From: a bacterium
GTDB taxonomy: Bacteria; JAJRZV01
Reading direction: 5' to 3'
Assembly: GCA_024275095.1 (NCBI GenBank)
Contig: JAJRZV010000072.1
Span: forward strand, 1-61,315
Length of the DNA stretch: 61,315 nt
Both the position numbers and the translations under genes were made by a program. Shown here one piece after another: positions 9,518 to 18,241 of this stretch. Position 1 is the stretch's first letter, and each line of letters opens with the position of its first letter. Below the pieces are notes generated by a model. That model was not told the origin of the DNA and did not search any database. It saw only the letters and a program-made list of their open reading frames with translations.

Positions 9518-10444
9518 TTACGAAGCTCTGACAGCTTCCAGCGTGGAGTACTTTGGGACCACCCCCAGCACTTTTTTCATTTTCGTGTTGTCCAGGAGGA
9601 AAGGAAATATGAGGTAATCCAGAAAATATCCGGGGAATGGGGCCGCACCGAGACGCCAGAGAGAGTCCAGTGCGAGATGTGCACCAGGACGCGGCATGAG
9701 AACAGGGACAGAACGGGCTGCTCGAGTGAGACTTAAAAGTGGAACGGGTGAGTCACCGGCGATGTTAACAATGCCGGGATTTTTTTTCGAGATGGAAGCT
9801 TCAAATGCACGCACTGCATCAGCAATGTGGAGCACCTGGATGACAGGATTGTATCCCGCGGCAACCGGTACCGCTTTCATGTGTATATAACGTGAAAAAA
9901 ATGTGCTCACGCTTTTGCCTGTTATGAACCCTGCTCTGAGGATGGTAATGTCTGCATCCCTTACTTTCTCCCCAAAATTGAGAACCATCTTCTCTGCTTC
10001 CTGTTTATCTTCGATAAATGAGTGCCCCGAAGGCCGGCACGGGTGTGTTTCTTTGAGTAAGGCTGGGTTGCTGGGATGGGCTCCATACACGAGCGCTGTG
10101 GACTTGTAAATGAATTTCTTTACTCCGGTCATGCGGCATGCGTGCAACATTTTCATTGTCCCGATGACGTTGATTTCATGTGAGATATCAGGATCTTTTG
10201 TGGGTGTGTTGAACACTGCGAGGTGTGCGAAGGCGTTGCATTTTTCTTTTTTGAGTATGTCTCCCACCGTAAAGTGCACGGCAGGGTCGAGCAGGTCTAT
10301 TTTGCAGAACGAGATGTTTCTTGCTTCCACTTGGGGGGGAAGTGCATCGAGGGTAACGATTCTTATTCCCCTTTTGCCGGCTGCACGCTGGAGGAACACG
10401 CGGCCGAGGTCGGTCCTCGTACCTGTTAGAGCGAGGACAATCAT
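9518..10444 (-). CDS. NAD-dependent epimerase/dehydratase (extended SDR) family protein
   Basis: Degenerate Rossmann start LTGTRTDLG, HLA, INVIGT, STALVYGAHP; the catalytic YxxxK position reads FIEDK. Confidence 0.8.
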   Translation of the reverse strand: MIVLALTGTRTDLGRVFLQRAAGKRGIRIVTLDALPPQVEARNISFCKIDLLDPAVHFTVGDILKKEKCNAFAHLAVFNTPTKDPDISHEINVIGTMKMLHACRMTGVKKFIYKSTALVYGAHPSNPALLKETHPCRPSGHSFIEDKQEAEKMVLNFGEKVRDADITILRAGFITGKSVSTFFSRYIHMKAVPVAAGYNPVIQVLHIADAVRAFEASISKKNPGIVNIAGDSPVPLLSLTRAARSVPVLMPRPGAHLALDSLWRLGAAPFPGYFLDYLIFPFLLDNTKMKKVLGVVPKYSTLEAVRAS

Positions 10445-10448
10445 CTTA

Positions 10449-11381
10449 TTATCGTATCATGCCTTTTCTCAAAAGTCTGAAAAAGTGGCGCCAGCCGAAA
10501 ATCAGGGGATATTTCCTTTCGCGTTCTGTAAGTTCTATGCGGATCCCCTTCGCTCGCTCGATTTTATCAAGGAGATAGTCCACGTAGTTATCGAAGGTGA
10601 TGATGCCTTTTGGCCACCGAGCTACGGAGCGGAACCTGCTCCACAGGATGAATGCCCGGGTACGCCACCGGAGGAAGCGTGGCGGATGTATTTCATAATG
10701 GCTGTTTTTTCGATGTACCCAGGTGGTGTTCTCTGCAAGCTGTGACAAAAGGCTGCTGTAGATGCGTGAGTAAAAGTCTTTTTCTGCTGAAAAAAGCTCC
10801 ATCACCTTGGAGTCCCTTTCCACGCGAAAATCAGCACGATAGCTGAGGGAGAGGGTGTGAAGTATAATTTTCTCCATGTCGTAAGACCCGTTCATCAGGC
10901 GCACCGAGAGTTCCAGGTTTTTCATGAAGGCGGTGGCAAGGGCCTTTACGAGACGTTGTTGCACGTCACTGTGGCGCGTGTAAAGTATGACGGTCTTTTT
11001 CCCGAAACGTCCCAGGTTGTACATGTCAGAGGGCCTTTCGGCTATTTCTTTGATGAAGCGGGATGTCTTGACAACGTTGTATTTACACCGCAGTGTTTCC
11101 CCGTTTTCTCCTTTTAGAAGTAAAAAGTAAGCATTGGGCGGCATCACAGGGGCCAGCAAAGTGTTCAAGGTTTTTCGATGTTTAAACGTCTGGGAATATT
11201 TCTCCACGAGCACGTAAAAGTCGGGAAAACTGGTGGGTTTTCTGGTGCTTTCGTTCACGCACGAGCCATAAAGTATGATCGCTTCGGTGGTGGGGATATG
11301 CTCCAGGAAGTACCGGACAAAGGGTTCGAGCGGTCCTGGCTCGCCTCTGCATCCCGAGAGAATGATTTCTTCCGCGTTCAC
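10449..11381 (-). CDS. Tam41/Mmp37-like nucleotidyltransferase (putative phosphatidate/lipid-phosphate cytidylyltransferase)
   Basis: LYGS...PDFYVLV nucleotidyltransferase motif, KYNVV, YNLGRFGKKTV (compare Tam41 YLAGRLQKPV), LSYRADFR.E..KV (compare LSYxGDFRM..GE..KV). Confidence 0.65.
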   Translation of the reverse strand: MNAEEIILSGCRGEPGPLEPFVRYFLEHIPTTEAIILYGSCVNESTRKPTSFPDFYVLVEKYSQTFKHRKTLNTLLAPVMPPNAYFLLLKGENGETLRCKYNVVKTSRFIKEIAERPSDMYNLGRFGKKTVILYTRHSDVQQRLVKALATAFMKNLELSVRLMNGSYDMEKIILHTLSLSYRADFRVERDSKVMELFSAEKDFYSRIYSSLLSQLAENTTWVHRKNSHYEIHPPRFLRWRTRAFILWSRFRSVARWPKGIITFDNYVDYLLDKIERAKGIRIELTERERKYPLIFGWRHFFRLLRKGMIR

Positions 11382-11384
11382 CTT

Positions 11385-12353
11385 TCAGACACGAAGGAGT
11401 TGAAATACCGGCCCCAGTTCTATGGTGACCCTGTAAGGGCCCGATGGCTTAAAGAGTTCCCCGTCGAATGTGTACCCTGACTCTGTTTCTGCTTCTACCT
11501 TTTCTGCGAGGTCGTTGTAGGATTTTTTGAGGATCATGCGGCCGAGGGAGAGAGCCCTGATGTTTTTTACCGCCTCCCAGGTGCTCTCCGAGAAGCACAG
11601 GAAGTAAAAGCCGTGCTTCCACATGCCGTCTCGAGCGTAGAAGGGTTTGAACCACAGCACCATCTTCGGGAACACGCTCGCAACAGCGATAAGGTAGGTC
11701 TTATAAGGGTATTCATGGCCGTCTATAATAAAATGTCCCCTGTGATGGCCGAGCAGCTGCTTCCCCTGCTTGCCTCCCATGACAAACGCGCCTATGGCCG
11801 ACGTTGTGACATTGAATGCCTGCTGGACCGACGGTTCACCCGAAGCGTAATAGGCATCGCTGATGGTGTACGCCGCGCCAAATCCAATGGCGAATCCGTA
11901 TTCAACCTGTCCTGTTTCGCTGTTTGTGACCTTGAGCAGGGGCGTTTTACGCAGGTTTTCTCTTGTGAGTTCTGCCAGCCCCCCGGACTTTTCAAGAAGT
12001 GTCCTGAGGTTTTTCATTGTGGAGACCGGGTTGAGGCGCACGGGAATGTTGTTGGCCGCGAGGTTCATTGTGCCGCCGCGCAGGACGAGATAAAGGGGGT
12101 ATTTGCCATCTTCTCCCCATAATCTGACAATCTCGGTGACAATAACGTGGTGCGTGCCGTCCCCCCCGAGGCCCACCACCAGCGGGTAATTGTTTCTCTT
12201 GATAAGTTTCAACACCTGGTCCAGCTCTTCCAGGGTGTGGGTTTTGAAATACTCGGCCTCCGGGAATACATGAGCCAGCATGCGCTCGTCGTACAGGCCC
12301 TTGCGCACCTTGCGCGCGTTGGCATTGACGATCACTGCAATCTTGTCAGCCAT
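11385..12353 (-). CDS. diacylglycerol/sphingosine kinase family protein
   Basis: VNANA, GGDGT, GGTMN, GFG and DGE motifs of the DAGK_cat family. Confidence 0.88.
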   Translation of the reverse strand: MADKIAVIVNANARKVRKGLYDERMLAHVFPEAEYFKTHTLEELDQVLKLIKRNNYPLVVGLGGDGTHHVIVTEIVRLWGEDGKYPLYLVLRGGTMNLAANNIPVRLNPVSTMKNLRTLLEKSGGLAELTRENLRKTPLLKVTNSETGQVEYGFAIGFGAAYTISDAYYASGEPSVQQAFNVTTSAIGAFVMGGKQGKQLLGHHRGHFIIDGHEYPYKTYLIAVASVFPKMVLWFKPFYARDGMWKHGFYFLCFSESTWEAVKNIRALSLGRMILKKSYNDLAEKVEAETESGYTFDGELFKPSGPYRVTIELGPVFQLLRV

Positions 12354-12416
12354 GGCTTAATGTTAACGGTTAAAACGTGCTTCAATCAAGTTCTCCCGTG
12401 CTTTGTCCTTCCGGGG

Positions 12417-13017
12417 TCAATCGCCCGAGGTGGCTGGCGAGAGGAGAGCGGAGAGAATTTCCAGGAACTCTTTTTTTCTCAATTCCACGTTGCCGGTCCA
12501 TGCCCACCGGATGATCTCCTTGGTATCCACCACGAAGGTTTGGGGGAAGAAGCAACCCACTTTATAATCCTGAGCCGCCACACCGTATTTATCTGAAAGC
12601 AGGGTAAAGGGGATGTTTATTTTTCTTTGATTTCACGCGTGTGTCCCTCTTTCTCTCCCGTGACCACCATGAGTATCTCAGTCCTTTTTCACGGTACCGC
12701 CTGTACGTCTCTACCAGGAAGGGGAGTCCTCTTACGCACTCAACGCATCCTTCCTGGAAAAAGTTAATGACAACGGCCTTTTTGCTTTTGAGGAGTTCCG
12801 CCAGGTCCACGTAACGCCCGCGGGTATTACGCAGGATGAGGGGCGGTGCCTTTTCGCCTGTTTTCATGGCACCGGCTGCCACCGGGAAAAATGTTGATGC
12901 ACCTGTCAGAATGGTGCTCAGCAGAACAACTATTGTGGCTGAGCGTTTTCCTGCTATTTTATTCAACCTGCTCGGGGACTCAGTTAAAAAACTATCATTC
13001 TCTGGAAGCAACGTCAA
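12417..13017 (-). pseudogene. TlpA/peroxiredoxin-like thioredoxin-fold protein, frameshifted
   Basis: GEKAP...INFFQEGCVEC...LP (CxxC). Two frame breaks near 12680 and 12620, after which NIPFTLLSDKYGVAAQDYKVG..PQTFVVD resumes to a TGA at 12417. Confidence 0.7.
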
Positions 13018-13119
13018 TTAAACGGTGATGGTGATGTTCAGGCTCGATCAAGTGCTGCTCTGTGTTCAGAATCCGCCGCGAAAAGGACACCCCGATGCTT
13101 TGCCGCTGGAACAGGAGGG

Positions 13120-13880
13120 GTGAAGAGGTTGAAGGTCACGTCAGGTGAACATCGGATTGTCGTGGGGGACCGGGAAAGGTTCAGGCCGTGGGACCAGACC
13201 ATTGTTGTGGGTGTGAAAGAGCACAAGCAGGTGGTGGCTGAGCCGAGGTCCCGGGTTGGCAAGCTGATTCTGGCTTCTCAGCCCCGGGGTGCCGAGGTGT
13301 ACGTGGACGGTGAAAGGAAAGGTGTCACTCCCGTGGTTCTCAAGCTCCTTCGCGGCCAGCACACCATCACTTTGAGAAAGGAAGGCTACAGCGAGGTTTC
13401 GGAAAAGATTGAAATAGATGAACAGGAGGTGAAGCGCCTGAGTCTGGAACTGCCCAGGTACAGGCCTGCGCTTGTGAGGGTGAAGGTGTCTGAGCCGGCT
13501 GATATTTACGTGGACGGGCGGGAAGTGGGCAGTGGAAGTGAGCTGACACTGCAGGTGCCCTCGAGAGAAAAAGTGGTCATCACCGCCCGCAAAAGGGGTT
13601 ACCTCACCGCCCGCGAAGCAGTGTGCATGCACCCCCGCGAGGAAAGGACCGTTTACCTCTTCCTGAGAGAGCGTCCCTTCTTGTTAGGGATTTTATCGGT
13701 GGCATTTCTTTACAATCACCCTCCCCTCGCCGGTTTTGAGGGTGGTGCGGGCGTGTGCTTTATCACGAGGTGTACCTGGATGAATACTACATTGACAAAT
13801 ACGAGGTGACTGTGGCGCAGTACAGGGAATGCGTTAATGCGGGTGTATGCACGGAGCCGGGAACAGGTGGCTCGTGTTAT
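13120..13880 (+). pseudogene. PEGA-repeat / formylglycine-generating-enzyme (SUMF1) domain protein remnant
   Basis: PEGA motifs (SQPRGAEVYVDGERKGVTP...GQHTITLRKEGY). An out-of-frame FGE fragment HEVYLDEYYIDKYEVTVAQYRECV ends at the repeat starting at 13881. Confidence 0.7.
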
Positions 13881-13909
13881 TTCGGGGTCTGGTCTCAACA
13901 TTTGACATT
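13881..13909 (+). repeat. solo copy of the Y1-transposase terminal inverted repeat
   Basis: TTCGGGGTCTGGTCTCAACATTTGACATT is identical (29/29) to 29972..30000. Confidence 0.9.
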
Positions 13910-13974
13910 CGGGGTTTTGTTGCGGGGCCTTAAGGGTGGTGCGGCACGTGGATGAATACCGCTTTGCTCATCCT

Positions 13975-14236
13975 CCCGCGTTGCGAGGGATTCGTTCGCG
14001 AGGACTGATGTCCCGGGACTGTTTCGTTGCTTGCGTTGTTTGCTACTCGCGATGACTGTTTGGCGGTGGTATTGCTTTGGTTGCTCTCCCGCGGAAGTCG
14101 TGATCGCTCCTCGTAATGACGGATAGGGAGGCAGAGTTGCTCGGTCGTCAAGCTGAAAGCGGTCTGCCTCGGAACGGCCGGGTAAGGGAGCTGTCAGTAC
14201 GAGTCCCGTCTTTGAGAGGATGAAACCATCTCCTAC
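13975..14236. repeat. cluster of degenerate REP-like palindromes (CGTC-type and GTAG-type)
   Basis: Minus-strand (C)GTCATTACGAGGAGCG.. ending at 14121 and GTCATCGCGAG.. ending at 14056; minus-strand GTAGGAGATGGTTTCATCCTCTC at 14214..14236. Confidence 0.45.
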
Positions 14237-14274
14237 GCCCCCGGAACTACTTCACAATAATTTGGGGATGAATG

Positions 14275-14302
14275 TTGTCAGATACTCAGGTTGTGGTATA
14301 TA
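14275..14302 (+). promoter_or_regulatory. sigma70-type promoter for tRNA-Arg
   Basis: TTGTCA, 16 nt, TATATA with upstream TG, ending 12 nt before the tRNA. Confidence 0.5.
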
Positions 14303-14314
14303 AAATTATCCAAC

Positions 14315-14388
14315 GCGCCTGTAGCTCAGCTGGACAGAGCACTGGACTACGAATCCAGGAGTCGCAGGTTCGAATCCTGCCAGGCGCG
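14315..14388 (+). tRNA. tRNA-Arg(ACG), CCA not encoded
   Basis: Acceptor stem GCGCCTG/CAGGCGC, D-arm AGCTCAGCTGGACAGAGC, anticodon arm CTGGA-CTACGAA-TCCAG, T-loop GGTTCGAATCC. Confidence 0.97.
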
Positions 14389-14518
14389 GTTTGTTTAAAC
14401 TATTATTAATGTGTTTTTTGAAATGCAGGTCGGCATTCGAGTATTTGAGTTTCGATTGACCTGGTACTGTAACTGTAAAATAAAGATAATAAAAAATAAT
14501 AAATCTCTAAGGTAAAAG

Positions 14519-14671
14519 ATGCTTGAGTTATTAAAAGATATCCGGGGATTTCTGAAGGAGCGGAAAAAGTGGTGGTTGATTCCAGTTGTCGTTGTTCTTC
14601 TCTTGTTTTTCGTGCTCATATTTGTAACGTCTGGCTCGGCCGTGGCACCCCTTATCTATACCATTTTTTGA
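14519..14671 (+). CDS. small membrane protein, DUF5989/SxtK-like (absent from the ORF track)
   Basis: MLELLKDIRGFLKERKKWWLIPVVVVLLLFFVLIFVTSGSAVAPLIYTIF carries the characteristic RKKWWLxP and SAVAPxIYTxF motifs. Confidence 0.85.
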   Translation: MLELLKDIRGFLKERKKWWLIPVVVVLLLFFVLIFVTSGSAVAPLIYTIF

Positions 14672-14759
14672 ACTGCCTGCCCTGTGCTATTGAATATAAT
14701 CCAATCACAGAGGGAGATTGTTTTTCAATTTCACCTCAATAGGTTAAAATCATTTGCCA

Positions 14760-15105
14760 ATGAAAAATAGCGCTTTACCAGTTTTGGCCCTTGTTTTCGT
14801 TTTGTTACCTGTGGAAAGAGATCCATGGGTTTTTGTATATTTCCTGCGTTTTACTGTTTATAAATGTTGTTTTTCCTTCCCTTGATCAGCTGCTTACCAA
14901 ATGGTGGTTGAAGCTGGACGAAACGCTGAGTATTATTCCCACCTTTATAATTCTCTTGCTGGTGTGGGCTTTTGTGCTGGTTCCCGTAGGGATAATTTCA
15001 AGATTAGGAAAAAATCCTCTGTGGCTGAGGAGACCTGATACAGGTACTTTTTAGAAAGACTCACCTCAAAAATTTACAAAGAGGGATTTGGAGAAACCGT
15101 GGTGA
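14760..15105 (+). pseudogene. SxtJ-like membrane protein, disrupted
   Basis: Hydrophobic ORF with WWLKL...IILLLVWAFVLVPVG..RLGKNPL; 5' frameshift and an in-frame TAG at 15052 before the typical DLEKPW end. Confidence 0.65.
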
Positions 15106-16938
15106 AAAGCTCAGAATACGTTATTGGTATTTCTGCTTTTTACCATGATTCAGCAGTAGCGGTTCTCAAAGACGGGGAAATTCTCTGTGCTGCGCAGGAG
15201 GAGAGGTTTACAAGGAAGGAACACGATCCATCGTTTCCATCGAATACCTGAAATGGTGCCTGGAGTATTCAGGAATTTCCACGGATAACACCCATTGCTG
15301 TCGCGTTTTACGATAACCTCTTCTCAAATTTGAGAGGCTTTTGGAGACATATTATGCTTTTGCTCCGAGAGGTTTTACGTCTTTTTTCAGAGCCATACCT
15401 GTTTGGATAAAGGAGAAGGTCTTTTTAAAAAAGATCATTCGTGAAGAGTTTAAAAAGGCCGGGGCGGACACTGGTGTGAACATTCAAATAGGAGAAGATA
15501 TTCCCCTTTTGTTCCCAGAACACCATCTTTCCCATGCAGCGAGTGCCTTTTATCCATCACCATTTCAAAGAGCCGCTGTGGTTACAGTAGATGGGGTTGG
15601 TGAATGGGCTACTGCTTCAATATGCAGGGGTGAGGGGAAGAATCTGGAGAAAATAAAGGAAATACACTTTCCCCATTCTCTCGGGCTTTTATATTCCGCT
15701 ATTACATAACGGCAGTCCAGAAGATGAGCGTACCAGAAAATACATACGGTTAATTCTTGATCATTTAATAGATGTAAAAGATGACGGTTCGATCTGGCTG
15801 AACATGGAGTATTTTGATTATGCCACAGGATTGAAGATGGTGAAGGATGAAAAATGGACAGAAATTTTTGGCATACCTCCGAGGAAACCGGAAACAGAGC
15901 TTACCCAGGAGTACTGCGACCTCGCTCTCGCCATACAAAAGGTTACGGAAGACATCATGTTAAAGATGTGTTCGTATGCCAGGAAGATCACCGACGAAAA
16001 ACACCTTGCTCTTGCCGGTGGAGTTGCACTCAATTGTGTTGCAAACGGGAAGATTTTGAGGTCAGGACTTTTTGGCGATATATGGATACAGCCCGCGGCT
16101 GGAGATGCAGGTGGTACCCTTGGGGCTGCTTATGCTGCATGGCACATATACCTTAATAGAGAGCGGCATACCAATGGCGGTTCAGATAAAATGAAGGGTA
16201 GTTGCCTTGGTCCTGCATTTTGTGATGATGACATTGAGAAGGTGCTGCGAAAGTTTAATGCACATTGTGTATAAAGTACGAGAATTTCGATGAATTATGT
16301 AATGTGACTGCAACATACATTGCAGAAGGCAAGGTGGTGGGCTGGTTTCAGGGAAGAATGGAATGGGTGCCAAGGGCGCTGGGCAATCGCAGTATCCTCG
16401 GGGATGCGAGAAATTCGGAGACTCAGAAGAGGCTGAACCTTAAAGTAAAATTTCGAGAGTCATTTCGTCCTTTTGCGCCTTCAGTTCTTTATGAAGATGC
16501 AGGTGAATATTTTGAAATTGACCGCCCTTGTCCCTACATGCTTCTGGTTGCTGATGTAAAAAAGTCACGAAGGACTCCTCTGCCGGAAAATTACCATGCC
16601 ATGAGTGTAAGAGAGAAACATTACGTTATCAGAAGTGATATTCCAGCAATAACACATAGACTTCAGCGCAAGACTGCAAACAGTTCACAAAGAAACCAAT
16701 GAAAAGTACTGGAGGCTCCTCCAGGCTTTTAAGAAACTAACAGGTTACAGCGTTATTGTAAATACATCATTCAACGTGCGGGGTGAGCCGATTGTGATGA
16801 CTCCAGAAGATGCTTACATCTGCTTCATGCGCACGGATATGGATTATTTTGGTAATGGGAAACTATCTGCTCGACAAAACAAATCAGCCCCCCTGGAAGG
16901 AAACCAGAGACTGGAGAGAGGATTTCGTTCTTGATTAA
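15102..16938 (+). pseudogene. carbamoyltransferase (NodU/CmcH/SxtI family), multiple frameshifts and a deletion
   Basis: GISAFYHDS, AQEERF, EHHLSHAASAF, DGVGE, PHSLGLLY, AGGVALNCVANG, QPAAGDAG, PRALGNRS, KFRESFRPFAP and NTSFNVRGEP are spread over several frames; the GEYKxMGLAP segment is missing near 15710. Confidence 0.9.
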
Positions 16939-16966
16939 ATGTATAAGGAATGCCAGGATTTACGAT

Positions 16967-18241
16967 TTACTCCGCAATTTTTAGACCCGAGGAGACACCT
17001 TCAAAATCTCCAAGCATGCCTGTAATCATGTATTTCTCGTCGAATGCCTGATTCGCGAGTTCTATTACATCGTCACGGGTGACAGATTCTATCATTTTTA
17101 TAAGGTCTGGAAATGTCATAACTCTTTGAAAGTATATTGCGCTTTTAGCAAGAAGGTGCATTCGGGCATCAGTACTTTCCATGCTCATGTACATTACACC
17201 CTTGAGATGGTCTTTTGCTTTCGTAAGTTCATCTTCTGTCACATCGCCCTGCTTGACGCTGTGAAGTTCGTGTAGGATCTTTTCTCTCACTATCAGATAA
17301 TTTTCGGGTGAGCTTGCACAGTAAATTCCCATTACACCCGCATCCTGATACATGGAAAAGAAGGAGTATATTGAGTATACAAGACCTTCCCTGTTACGAA
17401 GACGCTGGAACAGACGAGATGACATCGAGCCCCCAAGCAGTGAATTGAGAATGGAAACAACGTGGCGTTTGGGATGTGAATATCCAGGTCCCGGACCACC
17501 CATTACAATGTGTACCTGCTCTGCGGGCTTGCTGATAACTACTTCGCTGCGTTCAGGAGGAAGAGGAGCTTTTATAGTGACATCAATTCCTTTACGAAGG
17601 TTGGCACAGAATTTCTCTTCCACGAGGTCTACCAGGTGTTGGTGATCTACATCTCCACTGGCACTGATGATAATCCGATCCGGTGTGTAAAAGCGGTTGA
17701 AGTAAGAACAAATCTTTTCCCGTGTCATGGAAAGCACACTTGACGTTGTGCCGAGTACGGATCTGCCCAGTGGGTGACTGTGAAACACACGACGGTAGAA
17801 TCTGTCAAACAGGAAATCGTCCGGAGACTCTTCCGAGGCTGAAATTTCCTGAAGTATAACCATCTTCTCCTTGTCTATTTCTTCCTGTGAAAAGCGCGAG
17901 TTACACAGGATGTCAGAAAAAAGAGTCACAGCCTTTTCCAGGTGCTCACTCAGGATTTTTGCAAAGAAGCATGTAATTTCTTTATCCGCGTAGGCATTGA
18001 GCACACCGCCCATCGAGTCGATTTCATGAGCAAGCGCCGCAGAACTGCGATTTTCTGTGCCTTTGAAAAACAAGTGTTCTATGAAGTGGGATACTCCGTG
18101 GTCAGAGTCTGTTTCGTATCGTGATCCCGCCTTTATGTATACTCCTAATGCTATTGTTTTCAGGTGTGGGATTTTTTCTGAGATGACGGTTAAACCATTT
18201 GATAATTCATGGCGGGATATCATGTTGTCAGGATTGGCCAT
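16967..18241 (-). CDS. M16 family zinc peptidase (pitrilysin family)
   Basis: HFIEH inverted zincin motif, FKGT, GGSMSSRLFQ; usual position downstream of pnp. Confidence 0.93.
   Translation of the reverse strand: MANPDNMISRHELSNGLTVISEKIPHLKTIALGVYIKAGSRYETDSDHGVSHFIEHLFFKGTENRSSAALAHEIDSMGGVLNAYADKEITCFFAKILSEHLEKAVTLFSDILCNSRFSQEEIDKEKMVILQEISASEESPDDFLFDRFYRRVFHSHPLGRSVLGTTSSVLSMTREKICSYFNRFYTPDRIIISASGDVDHQHLVDLVEEKFCANLRKGIDVTIKAPLPPERSEVVISKPAEQVHIVMGGPGPGYSHPKRHVVSILNSLLGGSMSSRLFQRLRNREGLVYSIYSFFSMYQDAGVMGIYCASSPENYLIVREKILHELHSVKQGDVTEDELTKAKDHLKGVMYMSMESTDARMHLLAKSAIYFQRVMTFPDLIKMIESVTRDDVIELANQAFDEKYMITGMLGDFEGVSSGLKIAE

Noticed and set aside
14519-16938. Saxitoxin biosynthesis cluster
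   Set aside because: Only the widespread sxtI/J/K-like trio is present and it is pseudogenised; there is no sxtA or sxtG.
16945-16960. Possible attR (TGCCAGG matching the tRNA-Arg 3' end)
   Set aside because: The match is only 7 bp, expected by chance, and no integrase is present.
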